Source of the DNA: an uncultured Collinsella sp.
GTDB taxonomy: Bacteria; Actinomycetota; Coriobacteriia; Coriobacteriales; Coriobacteriaceae
Length of the DNA: 43,657 nucleotides
Direction of reading: 5' to 3'
NCBI GenBank assembly: GCA_902494135.1
Contig: CABUSE010000001.1
Coordinates: 1-43,657 of the forward strand
The notes under the pieces: generated by a model
Database searches by the model: none
What the model was told of the DNA's origin: nothing
Seen by the model: only the letters and a program-made list of their open reading frames with translations
Shown: in pieces, positions 18,363 to 27,266 of the stretch
Numbering within the stretch: the stretch's first letter is position 1
How the letters are laid out: each line of letters begins with the position of its first letter
Position numbers and translations under genes: made by a program

Positions 18363-19067
18363 CTATCGGGTTGCCTGAGCAAGTTTTGCTAGGCTGTGGC
18401 CCTGCTGATAGACATGGGTGAGGTGCTGCGTGCAAGCGCGGTAGGATTCGAACGTCGCAAGCGCTTGCCCGACATTCGTGTAGACCTTCCAAGGTCCAAA
18501 GACCTTGTAGTTCTCGCCATGCTGGACGATAAACTCGTGCACGTCGTCGTAGGGATATCCCAGGAAATAGCCAATTTCGTGTGGGAACTCACAGGTGCAG
18601 CCGTTGTCGCAGTGTGCTTGATGGTCCAATGCACATCGGGTTTGGCCGCATGCGCATTCCGCGGCGTTATTGCTTGCGAGCGTGATGCGCGATGCCAGGT
18701 GTACAAGACATGCCGAGAGGTTGCCGGTGTCGTAGCCCTCCTTGGCGAGTGCCGTTTTGGCGCGCGGGTCAGCAAGGTAAGTGGCGAGGCTATTGGGCCG
18801 ATATGCGTATATGAGCGCCCCGCAGGGGCGCCAGACCAAAACGCTCAGATGGATGCCGAACGGATTAAGCTCGTGATCGCACCGGGCGATAACGTTGAGC
18901 AGACGTACTCGGCGATCTGTGATTGGCGCGGTCGCGCCCGAACCATCCTGATGGGCGTAGACGCCGGGATAGGTAAAGAGCGATGCCGGCTTGATGCCCG
19001 CAAGCGTGGGGGAGCAGTTGCGCACGACTGCTGCCTGAAACGTTGGGATGTCTATGGTACGAGTCAC
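18363..19067 (-). CDS. DUF3793-family protein
   Basis: CSPTLAGIKPASLF and FPHEIGYFLGYP..DV..FI...WKVY; this family is typically found next to flavodoxin. Confidence 0.8.
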   Translation of the reverse strand: MTRTIDIPTFQAAVVRNCSPTLAGIKPASLFTYPGVYAHQDGSGATAPITDRRVRLLNVIARCDHELNPFGIHLSVLVWRPCGALIYAYRPNSLATYLADPRAKTALAKEGYDTGNLSACLVHLASRITLASNNAAECACGQTRCALDHQAHCDNGCTCEFPHEIGYFLGYPYDDVHEFIVQHGENYKVFGPWKVYTNVGQALATFESYRACTQHLTHVYQQGHSLAKLAQATR

Positions 19068-19090
19068 GACGCTCCTTACGGATCTAAACT

Positions 19091-19156
19091 GTTAGCTTAG
19101 GAAAACTTATACATGAAAGTAAGCCATGGTCAACAAAAAAGTTTGAAGAGGGAAAC
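19091..19156. promoter_or_regulatory. Three degenerate GTT-N10-AAC sites (GTTAG-N6-CTAAC-like), candidate metal-responsive repressor boxes
   Basis: GTTAGCTTAGGAAAAC 19091-19106, GTAAGCCATGGTCAAC 19119-19134, GTTTGAAGAGGGAAAC 19141-19156. Confidence 0.35.
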
Positions 19157-19194
19157 TAATTGACCGAACGGACATGATTTTGAGTTAAGATGGG

Positions 19195-19213
19195 GACACC
19201 CCATGGGGGTATC
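19195..19213 (+). promoter_or_regulatory. CsoR-type operator upstream of HMA-domain gene
   Basis: GACACCCCATGGGGGTATC: C-tract/G-tract pseudo-palindrome resembling TACCC-Nx-GGGTA. Confidence 0.55.
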
Positions 19214-19241
19214 TAGATAGGGCTAATTGAAAGGGAAACGC

Positions 19242-19625
19242 ATGAGTGACTTGCTCAACCCTGCGAATCTCATCGTGCTGGCCGTCATTGCCGTCGGCAT
19301 GTTTTTTGGACTGCGTCGCATTGCCGCTTCGACACACGGGAAGAGTTGTTGCAGCGATGGCGCGAGCGGCAAGAAGGCCAAGAAGGTAGTGGTTGCGGAT
19401 ACCGATCCGTCCCACTACCCCTATAGCGATGAGTTGCTTATCGGCGGCATGAGCTGCGACGGCTGCGCTCGGAATGTGACGAATGCCCTCAATACGCTTG
19501 ATGGCGTGTGGGCTACGGTGACGTATGCGGACCACACGGCACACGTACGCTCGAAGCGCCCGGTTGATCGCGACACACTCGAGACGGCGGTGAGGGACGC
19601 GGGCTATTACGTTATGAAAATGTAG
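19242..19625 (+). CDS. Membrane-anchored heavy-metal-associated (CopZ-like) protein
   Basis: N-terminal TM helix plus KSCC, then the HMA motif IGGMSCDGC. Confidence 0.85.
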   Translation: MSDLLNPANLIVLAVIAVGMFFGLRRIAASTHGKSCCSDGASGKKAKKVVVADTDPSHYPYSDELLIGGMSCDGCARNVTNALNTLDGVWATVTYADHTAHVRSKRPVDRDTLETAVRDAGYYVMKM

Positions 19626-19896
19626 GCGTTGCCCTTTCCGGTGGGTACCGGCCTCCTGCCCATCGTGACTATCGGCATCCAAAAATTTGCGCAAAAAATA
19701 ATCTTTAGATGCGGCAAAAGTGGAGTTTGGTGACGGTTTGCGCGGAATTCGCTACCAATCGAGCATCCATTGGCCCGGCCAAAAAAATTACAGGTATATA
19801 CTTAGACGGTTATTGCTGTGCTCAGATTGCAATTAACCGTGGACAGAAATGAAGAATGCTAAAACTGGGCTTTAGGACAGGGGAGGCTATGGCCTT

Positions 19897-22455
19897 ATGA
19901 GACGAGTGGGAACACTTGGCTTGGTGGCAGCGCTTGCCGCTATCTTGGTATCGCCGCTGCCGGCGCACGCCGAAGACGCTTCGAGTGCCGTTACCTACAA
20001 TGCGGGAAATGGGTATTCCTTTGAGAAGCTCTCGCATCCTACGGTAGGAACGTCGCAGCCGGATGGCATCGTCGACTACCAGGGTGACGGTGTCGTTGCC
20101 GTTCCGGGCGCCGACGGTAATACTGCCAACAACGAAGGCGATCGCGGCCAGAGCTACACGTGGGCGGCTGCGAGCTATGGTGACTGGCTTTATGTGGGCA
20201 CCTGCTATGCGGCGATGGGCAACACGCTTACGCTCATGAACGGCACGCTGGGCGATTCCTTTGATGCCGAGACCATGCGTCTGACGCTGGAGGCCATGTT
20301 TAACGGCACGTTCTTCTACGGACAGCAGAAGGAGGACGGCACGGCCGACAAGGACAGCGGCGGCATCTTGGTCAAGATCAATACCAAGACCGGTGAGACC
20401 AAGCTGCTGCTCTCTGAATCGCTCAACGGCGTCGCTCCTTTGTTCCGCAATGCCGTGAGCTATAAGGGCAAACTCTATTTCTGCGGCAGCGTTAGGACCA
20501 ATGGCGGCAAAAGCGGTCTGCCTGCTGTATATGAGATCGATCCTAAGACGGATGAGTACAAGGTCGTCTATCAGGGTCTTTCGAGCATGCAGGATTACGG
20601 CGCTGCCTACAAGCAGGGCATCTCAACCGGTATCCGCGGTATGTGCGTCCATGATGGCCAGCTCGTCATCAGCAACGTGGGTAAAGACGCGGCCGGTAAG
20701 TTTGTGTCGACAATCCTGACGTCGTCTGACCCCTCGAAGGGCCAGGAGAGCTTCACCGAGATTGCCAACTCGGATACGCTGTTTAACTATCCGGCGATTC
20801 GCTATCAGGACAGCATCTACGGCGGCGCCATTTGGGATATGGTCTCGTACAATGGCCATCTCTATGCGACCATCTGCACCGGTACGCCCGAGAATGCCCC
20901 CGATGATAATTCCATGCAGTCGTTTGCCATGGTCCGTGGCGACAAGAACGCCGACGGCAGCTATTCGTGGACTCCGATTGTCGGTGACCAGGAGGCGGAC
21001 GGTGCAAAGTATTGCTTTGGCATCGATCCTGCCCGCACCCGTTCTGGTGCTGCCAACCTCATCGTCTACAACGACTACCTCTATATCGGTGAATATAACG
21101 ACGAGGAGATCGCCCTCGAGCGCATTCTCTTTAATAAGTCCAATTCTGACGAGAGCGGCAAGAGCAGCATGGGCGGCGTTGACTGCTCGTTTGTGAATGC
21201 CAATCTTGAGCAGTCGGTCAACATCTATCGCATGGACAAGGACGAGAACATGGAGCTCGTCGTTGGCGATCGCACCGACATGTTCCCCGAGGGCGGTATT
21301 TCCGGCCTGACTTCGGGCTTTGGCCGAAACGAAAACCAGTACATTTGGCGCATGCAGAAGTTCGACGGCAAACTGTATATCGGTACCTTCGATACCGCGA
21401 GCCTGCTTGAGCCGATCGGCCAGTTCTCTAATGGCGACATTATCGATATGACGCCCGAGGAGTGGGCCTCTCAGGTTCAGCGCCTTAGGGACCTGCTCAA
21501 TCACCTGCTCGACAAGAAATCGCCTGACGACCCCATCGTTCCCGTGAACACGCTTGCGGACGATGATTCAAACGAGGCCGCCGAGGTCGATGACGAGAAG
21601 GCTGGGGCCGTCGAGGCCGATGACGAGAAGGCTGAGGCCGTCGAGTTCGACGACGAGAAGACCGAGGTTGCTAAGGGCTTTGGCGACCTGGGCGATGCGC
21701 TGGAGGATGCCACGGGCGATCTTTGCGATCAGGCCGCGACGATGTCCGCGGACGTTGAGGACGACGCCGCTTATGTCCAGAAGATCGATAGCGAGATTGC
21801 GTACTTCAAGTCCTTTGCCGATCAGTATCAGGACATGCTCGATAGCTATGAGAGCCTGAAGCAGCAGTACGAGGATGCCTATGGCGCCGAGCTGCCGGGC
21901 GATATTCAGGATGCATTCGATAAGCTGCTGAGCGAGGAGAACCTCAAGAAGCTGCAGAGCGTGCTTACGTGCATGTGTTACCTTCGCGATGCCGAGCGTG
22001 GCTTTGATATGTATGTGACCGAGGACGGCGTGAACTTTACGACGCTGACGACCAATGGCTTTAACGATCCGTATAACCATGGTCTGCGCACCTTTGCGGT
22101 GACCAACCAGGGTCTGTGCCTCGGTACCGCCAACCCGTTCTATGGCTGCCAGGTTTGGATCCAGCGCAAGGAGAATTCTGAGAATCCGGTCGATCCCGGT
22201 ACTCCGGATCCGACGGAGCCCACGGATCCCTCGCAGCCGGGTGGTGGCGATCAGCCTGGTGGTAGCCAGACGGGCGGTAACGACCAGTCGAGCAGCACCA
22301 CGACCACTGTCACGACGACCGCTAAGAAGACTCCGAAGGACGGCTCGCTGCCTCACGCTGGTGACTCGACCCTCACGCTGGTCTTGGGATTGCTGGTTGC
22401 AGCTGCCGCAGTGCTTGGCATTGCTCTCGTCTTGCGCAAGCGTTCTCGTCGCTAG
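19897..22455 (+). CDS. Large sortase-anchored cell-surface protein of unknown function
   Basis: Signal peptide ending AHA; repeated LYVGT/LYIG/LCLGT strand motifs; Pro/Thr linker; LPHAG followed by a TM helix and RKRSRR tail. Confidence 0.85.
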   Translation: MRRVGTLGLVAALAAILVSPLPAHAEDASSAVTYNAGNGYSFEKLSHPTVGTSQPDGIVDYQGDGVVAVPGADGNTANNEGDRGQSYTWAAASYGDWLYVGTCYAAMGNTLTLMNGTLGDSFDAETMRLTLEAMFNGTFFYGQQKEDGTADKDSGGILVKINTKTGETKLLLSESLNGVAPLFRNAVSYKGKLYFCGSVRTNGGKSGLPAVYEIDPKTDEYKVVYQGLSSMQDYGAAYKQGISTGIRGMCVHDGQLVISNVGKDAAGKFVSTILTSSDPSKGQESFTEIANSDTLFNYPAIRYQDSIYGGAIWDMVSYNGHLYATICTGTPENAPDDNSMQSFAMVRGDKNADGSYSWTPIVGDQEADGAKYCFGIDPARTRSGAANLIVYNDYLYIGEYNDEEIALERILFNKSNSDESGKSSMGGVDCSFVNANLEQSVNIYRMDKDENMELVVGDRTDMFPEGGISGLTSGFGRNENQYIWRMQKFDGKLYIGTFDTASLLEPIGQFSNGDIIDMTPEEWASQVQRLRDLLNHLLDKKSPDDPIVPVNTLADDDSNEAAEVDDEKAGAVEADDEKAEAVEFDDEKTEVAKGFGDLGDALEDATGDLCDQAATMSADVEDDAAYVQKIDSEIAYFKSFADQYQDMLDSYESLKQQYEDAYGAELPGDIQDAFDKLLSEENLKKLQSVLTCMCYLRDAERGFDMYVTEDGVNFTTLTTNGFNDPYNHGLRTFAVTNQGLCLGTANPFYGCQVWIQRKENSENPVDPGTPDPTEPTDPSQPGGGDQPGGSQTGGNDQSSSTTTTVTTTAKKTPKDGSLPHAGDSTLTLVLGLLVAAAAVLGIALVLRKRSRR
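21571..21660 (+). repeat. Three in-frame 30-bp tandem repeats
   Basis: Units ending GACGAGAAG, encoding NEAAEVDDEK / AGAVEADDEK / AEAVEFDDEK. Confidence 0.85.
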
Positions 22456-22877
22456 ACTCGACCACGCAGCTCGATGCCTTGGATATCGTCGAAGTTGATG
22501 GCGATATCCCTGAGTTTGAGCAGCTTGAACGCGGGTAGCACTTCGTCGAGAATGCCCGTGCGGCTACGATAGCCGTACGTATCGTAATAAGTGACGCGCA
22601 CCAGGTCGCCGCGTTTGAGGCCCTCGAGCTTTTTCGAAAGCTCGAGGGCTTTTTCTTCTGTGAGTTCGCATTTGGGCTCAACAGTGATCTCTTGTTTGCG
22701 CACAAGCTCGTAGTATCCCGTGAGGGCGGCAAAGGGCATAAACTGCGCGGCACGGCCGGCGCGGATGGCGCCGTTGGCGGTGAGCTTGGGGTCGGCGGAG
22801 CGACGTCTTCCCTCGGGGTCCGCTAGACGTTCAAAAGGCGTCGGTAGCCGCATCGGCTGTTGTTGGGGCTTAGGCAC
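22452..22877 (-). CDS. YolD-like protein
   Basis: RAAQFMPFAALTGY motif and C-terminal G.L..V....I..DDI..I; overlaps the polymerase stop. Confidence 0.85.
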   Translation of the reverse strand: MPKPQQQPMRLPTPFERLADPEGRRRSADPKLTANGAIRAGRAAQFMPFAALTGYYELVRKQEITVEPKCELTEEKALELSKKLEGLKRGDLVRVTYYDTYGYRSRTGILDEVLPAFKLLKLRDIAINFDDIQGIELRGRV

Positions 22878-24375
22878 GATGTCCTCCTACCTGATCGTTG
22901 CGTTCGCGTGCGGTGGCGCCGGCGGTAAAGCTTAATCCCTTGACGAGTGCGTTCTTGCCGTACTTACCCTTTACGGCCAGGACGGCGCGCGCCAGGTCGC
23001 GCTCGCGCTCATCGGCCTTAACATCGCTAAATAGGTTGATGGTGGCAAATTCCTCGGGCATGAGGTTGCCAAAGCCCAGGTTGATACGCTTGACCGGTCG
23101 TTTGGGATCGACAGTCTGCGCCCAGAGCTCATCGAAATAGCCCATGATCTTCTTAAACGAATTGGTGCGCTCAGGCAGCTTTCGCGAGGCGTTTGAGTGT
23201 GCAAAGAGTGCAGCATAGCCACCGCGCGGTTTGCCGCCGTGCTCTCCCACAAAGATGCCATCGATTGCCTGCGCCTCGCGCACCAGGCGGCGCCGTTCGT
23301 CATCGCGCTGGACGGGCTTGGGCGCACGGGGCGCGAGCTCGGGGCCGGCGGTTGCGGCGGGCTCGATGCTCGACGTGCTCGAACGCAAATGCCCACATCC
23401 GTCCACATATTGCGCTGTACCGCTGGCGTCGAGGCGGCGTATGTCGGCTCGTTCGCTCGCGTAGCCCACAAAGAGCGAGATGCTGTCGCAGACCACGTGC
23501 TTATCGACTAAGTCCAGCACAGCGTTGTCGACCATCTCGCGCAACACGGTGTAGGCTTGCTCATAGGCATAGCCTTTCGATAGCACTTGCCCCGTGGTTG
23601 TTGAGGTTGCCTGCGGGCGATAGGCCTGAATATCGGCGATGGTTGTCGGCTCACGCCCGAAGGCGTGGTCGATAAGATACTCGGCATTGACGCCGAGCTC
23701 GTCGTAGAGCAGGTTTTCGTCGAGCGCAGCGACGCCCATCAAATCGTAGACGCCGTACTTTTCGAGGCGGGCTGCCACGCCGGGTCCGATGCCCCAGATA
23801 TCGGTGATGGGGCGATGGGGCCAGATTTCCTTGCGGAACGTCTCGTCGTCGAGTATGCCGATGCGGCTGGGTACGTGCTTGGCGGTAATGTCGAGTGCCA
23901 CCTTGGCCTGGAATAGGTTGGGGCCGATGCCGACCGTTGCCGTGATGCCGGTGCGCGCCAGGACCTCGTCGCGCAACATGCAGGCGAAGCCTTCCGCATC
24001 GGTGTGATAGAGGTCCAGATAGGGTGTCACGTCGATAAAGCACTCGTCGATGGAGTAGACGTGAACGTCTTGCGGACTGACGTATTCCAGGTAGATACCG
24101 TAGATCTGCGCCGACACCTCCATGTAGTGCTGCATGCGCGGTACGGCCTTAATGTAGTCGATGCCATCGGGTATTTCGAACAGGCGACAGCGGTTGTGAA
24201 TCCCGAGGTCTTTCATAGCCTGCGTGATAGCGAGACAGATGGTCGTGCGTCCGCGCGATTCGTCGGCAACGACCAGGCACGTAGTGAGCGGGTCGAGCCC
24301 GCGGTCGACGCACTCGACGCTGGCATAGAACGTCTTAAGGTCGATGCAGATATAGGTGTGACGCTCGTGCCCCAC
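22870..24375 (-). CDS. Y-family DNA polymerase (UmuC/UvrX/YqjW type)
   Basis: IDLKTFYASVEC, YSIDECFID, DIWGIG and C-terminal K.KYGKNAL.KG...ATARERN.QVGGH; GGGAGG RBS before GTG 24375. Confidence 0.9.
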   Translation of the reverse strand: MGHERHTYICIDLKTFYASVECVDRGLDPLTTCLVVADESRGRTTICLAITQAMKDLGIHNRCRLFEIPDGIDYIKAVPRMQHYMEVSAQIYGIYLEYVSPQDVHVYSIDECFIDVTPYLDLYHTDAEGFACMLRDEVLARTGITATVGIGPNLFQAKVALDITAKHVPSRIGILDDETFRKEIWPHRPITDIWGIGPGVAARLEKYGVYDLMGVAALDENLLYDELGVNAEYLIDHAFGREPTTIADIQAYRPQATSTTTGQVLSKGYAYEQAYTVLREMVDNAVLDLVDKHVVCDSISLFVGYASERADIRRLDASGTAQYVDGCGHLRSSTSSIEPAATAGPELAPRAPKPVQRDDERRRLVREAQAIDGIFVGEHGGKPRGGYAALFAHSNASRKLPERTNSFKKIMGYFDELWAQTVDPKRPVKRINLGFGNLMPEEFATINLFSDVKADERERDLARAVLAVKGKYGKNALVKGLSFTAGATARERNDQVGGHRA

Positions 24376-24387
24376 GCGTCCTCCCAT

Positions 24388-24419
24388 CAAACACATGTTC
24401 TTATCGAATACATGTTCGA
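24388..24419 (-). promoter_or_regulatory. Two tandem LexA (Gram-positive/actinobacterial) SOS boxes
   Basis: Minus strand TCGAACATGTATTCGA (24419-24404) and AGAACATGTGTTTG (24401-24388), versus CGAAC-N4-GTTCG. Confidence 0.8.
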
Positions 24420-24448
24420 TAATACCCGCTCGTCCGGATATCGTCAAA

Positions 24449-24483
24449 ACCTGCCAAAAAGGGACTGGTTTGTTTTGGCAGGT
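24449..24483 (+). repeat. 35-bp REP-like palindromic unit, inverted partner of 25182-25216
   Basis: ACCTGCCAAAAAGGGACTGGTTTGTTTTGGCAGGT; 30/35 identical to the reverse complement of 25182-25216. Confidence 0.7.
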
Positions 24484-24601
24484 ATGGTTTTTGCGGCTGC
24501 ATCGGGTTTTAACGCAGCTCTAAAGAGTGCGAAACAGCTCGGAAAACCTCGCTTCGTAGCATGGGTCTAACGATTGATCCGCCTATACGCACGGAAGGGT
24601 T

Positions 24602-25135
24602 GTGGAAAAGATGGTCAATTATGGGTTTGGTATGCCGACGCGCCTTGTTGCGGATGGAGACGTGGCTCGCTGGTGCGGACGATTGGTAGCTCACTACGGT
24701 GGCACCAAGGCGCTGGTCGTCCTGGGCGGCGACAGGCATACGCGCGATGAGCTTGTCTCGGCGGCACTTGGCTCGCTTGATCGAGCTCTGCTCGAGCGCG
24801 TGCTTTTCCGCTGCGGCTCGGTTGAGGGCGACGGGGGAGACGAGCTGATCGACGAAGCCGTGGCCCTGGCGACCGACGAAGGCGTGGACTTTGTCTTGGC
24901 GATTGGCGATGCCGATACTGCCGGCTTTGCGCGCGAGCTCGCCCGTCGCATGGCGGCGCTCGATGTCGGCGAAGACGGTTTTGTCCCTTATGGATGTATC
25001 GTCTCGGAGGGCAAGGTGCCTGCCGTCGTGGGGGCCGGCGAGGTTCCCGTTTTTGCCATCATCGCGCCCGAACTGCTGGAGGGCATTGGGTCTCCTCTGC
25101 GTGAGTTGCTCGGCAGCGTGTGCGCCGCGGCCTAA
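24602..25135 (+). CDS. Protein resembling only the N-terminal domain of iron-containing alcohol dehydrogenases
   Basis: NYGFGMPTRLV..G, KALVVLGG and EGVDFVLAIG; no GGGS motif and no C-terminal His metal domain. Start GTG 24602 or ATG 24611. Confidence 0.55.
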   Translation: MEKMVNYGFGMPTRLVADGDVARWCGRLVAHYGGTKALVVLGGDRHTRDELVSAALGSLDRALLERVLFRCGSVEGDGGDELIDEAVALATDEGVDFVLAIGDADTAGFARELARRMAALDVGEDGFVPYGCIVSEGKVPAVVGAGEVPVFAIIAPELLEGIGSPLRELLGSVCAAA

Positions 25136-25140
25136 TATTT

Positions 25141-25216
25141 GGCATAAAGGGATAGGTAATTTTTGATTGGTAAAGCGTTTGACCTGCCAAATTAAACCTG
25201 TCCCTTTTTGGTCGGT
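25141..25216. repeat. REP-like unit (25182-25216) plus a degenerate inverted copy (about 25141-25171)
   Basis: AAAGGGATAGGT...ACCTGTCCCTTT pairing; same motif as 24449-24483. Confidence 0.6.
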
Positions 25217-25334
25217 TGCCGTTTGGGGGCCGATTGGCAACGCTCGCTGATTATAGTCTTGACCTGCGCTAGAATAGTGGCATCTGAATGTCCGGGCGCA
25301 TGGAGGCGTGCGCCCGTATGCTGAGGAGGACTCT

Positions 25335-27029
25335 ATGGCAACTGTTGCCGCACCTATCGATGCTACGTCGACTGCCGCTTGGAAGGCGCTCGAGGCTCAT
25401 CAGGAGAAGCTCGAGGCCGAAGGTATCGACCTCAAGGCCTGGTTTGCCGCCGATGCCGAGCGCGTGAACAAGCTGAGCTTTGACGCCGGTGACCTGCACT
25501 TCGATCTGTCGAAGAACCTGGTGACCGATGAGACCGTCAAGCTGCTGTGCGATCTTGCCCGCGAGGTGAAGCTCGAGGAGCGCCGCGACGCCATGTTCTC
25601 CGGCGAGCACATCAACACCACCGAGGACCGCGCCGTCCTGCACACCGCGCTGCGCCGCCCGGCAAGCGAGAAGGGCCAGCTCATCGTCGACGGCCAGGAC
25701 GTCGTCGCCGACGTGCACGAGGTTCTCGACCGCATGTATGCCTTCGCCGAGCGCGTGCGCTCCGGTGAGTGGAAGGGTGTTACCGGCAAAAAGATCGAGC
25801 ACCTGGTGTCCATCGGCATCGGCGGCTCCGATTTGGGCCCGGTCATGGCTTACGAGGCCCTGCGTCCCTATGCCGACGCCGGTATCGATTGCCGCTATAT
25901 CTCCAACATCGATCCCAACGACCAGGCCGAGAAGCTCAAGGGTCTGGATCCCGAGACCACGCTCGTGATCATCGTCTCCAAGACCTTCACCACGCTCGAG
26001 ACCCTCACCAACGCCCGCGAGGTCAAGACCTGGATGCTCGAGCAGCTCAAGGCTCAGGGTGCTATCGATGGCTCCGATGAGCAGAACGCCGAGGCCGTGG
26101 CAAAGCACTTCGTCGCCGTTTCCACCGCGCTCGAAAAGGTCGAGGCCTTCGGTATCGACCCCGCCAACGCCTTCGGTTTTTGGAACTGGGTCGGCGGCCG
26201 CTATTCCGTCGACTCCGCCGTGGGCCTGTCGCTGATCGTCGTGCTCGGCCCCGAGCGTTTCCAGCAGTTCCTCGAGGGTTTCCACGCCATCGACGAGTAC
26301 TTCTGCAACACGCCGCTCGAGAACAATGTCGTCGCGCTGATGGGCCTGCTCAACGTCTGGTACGTCAACTTCTTCGGTTCCAAGAGCCACGCCGTGCTTC
26401 CGTACTGCCAGTACCTGCACCGTTTCCCGGCCTACCTGCAGCAGCTCACCATGGAGTCCAACGGCAAGCATGTCCGCTGGGACGGCAGCGCCGTGACCTC
26501 CGATACCGGTGAGATTTTCTGGGGCGAGCCCGGCACCAACGGCCAGCATGCCTTCTACCAGCTGTTGCACCAGGGCACCGTGGTGGTTCCGGCCGATTTC
26601 ATCGCCTTCGCCAATACCGCCAACCCTGCGACCGATAGCGGTCAGGACGTGCACGAGCTGTTCCTGGGCAACTTCCTGGCCCAGACCAAGGCGCTCGCCT
26701 TTGGCAAGACGGCCGACGAGGTTCGTGCCGAGGGCACGCCCGAGCAGATCGTCCCGGCTCGTTGCTTTGAGGGCAACCGCCCGACGACCTCGATCTTCGG
26801 CGACACGCTGACCCCGTTTGCGCTCGGCGAGCTCATCGCCCTGTACGAGCACATCACGTTTGTCGAGGGCACGGTCTGGGGTATCGACTCCTACGACCAG
26901 TGGGGCGTCGAGCTGGGCAAGCAGCTTGCCAAGCAGATTACCCCGGCCTTCCACGACGATGCCGCCAAGGCCGAGCAGGACGCTTCGACCCAGGCGCTCA
27001 TCGAGTTCTACCGCGCTCACCGCAAGTAG
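25335..27029 (+). CDS. pgi: Glucose-6-phosphate isomerase
   Basis: [44 protein letters not shown] and [19 protein letters not shown]. Confidence 0.97.
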   Translation: MATVAAPIDATSTAAWKALEAHQEKLEAEGIDLKAWFAADAERVNKLSFDAGDLHFDLSKNLVTDETVKLLCDLAREVKLEERRDAMFSGEHINTTEDRAVLHTALRRPASEKGQLIVDGQDVVADVHEVLDRMYAFAERVRSGEWKGVTGKKIEHLVSIGIGGSDLGPVMAYEALRPYADAGIDCRYISNIDPNDQAEKLKGLDPETTLVIIVSKTFTTLETLTNAREVKTWMLEQLKAQGAIDGSDEQNAEAVAKHFVAVSTALEKVEAFGIDPANAFGFWNWVGGRYSVDSAVGLSLIVVLGPERFQQFLEGFHAIDEYFCNTPLENNVVALMGLLNVWYVNFFGSKSHAVLPYCQYLHRFPAYLQQLTMESNGKHVRWDGSAVTSDTGEIFWGEPGTNGQHAFYQLLHQGTVVVPADFIAFANTANPATDSGQDVHELFLGNFLAQTKALAFGKTADEVRAEGTPEQIVPARCFEGNRPTTSIFGDTLTPFALGELIALYEHITFVEGTVWGIDSYDQWGVELGKQLAKQITPAFHDDAAKAEQDASTQALIEFYRAHRK

Positions 27030-27060
27030 GATTCGCTGCGAAAACTAACGTATAGCCGAC

Positions 27061-27093
27061 AAGGGCCCGTATCCGTTGGGATGCGGGCCCTTT
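27061..27093 (+). terminator. Intrinsic terminator after pgi
   Basis: AAGGGCCCGTATCC / GGATGCGGGCCCTT. Confidence 0.75.
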
Positions 27094-27266
27094 GCTATTT
27101 GGATAGGATGGAATGTATCGGGAGGCGCTTCGACGGGCATCGGAATCGTCGAAGGCGCGCCGTTCATGTTTGGGACAATATGACATTTTTCCCGTTGCAG
27201 ACAGAGCCGCAGTAGGTGTTCTGTATGATGGCTCAGGCAAGCTTGTTCAATGACAGGGAGGCATAT

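Noticed and set aside
22870..25216. Polymerase/YolD region considered as a prophage or ICE remnant
   Set aside because: No integrase, phage or conjugation genes and no obvious compositional break.
25269..27020. 583-aa minus-strand ORF, and similar long ORFs at 1708-3126, 6264-7697, 15716-17329, 27552-28895, 30428-32473, 33772-34905, 38923-40794 and 40839-42446
   Set aside because: Antisense shadows of well-supported genes, expected from GC-rich codon bias; no recognisable motifs.
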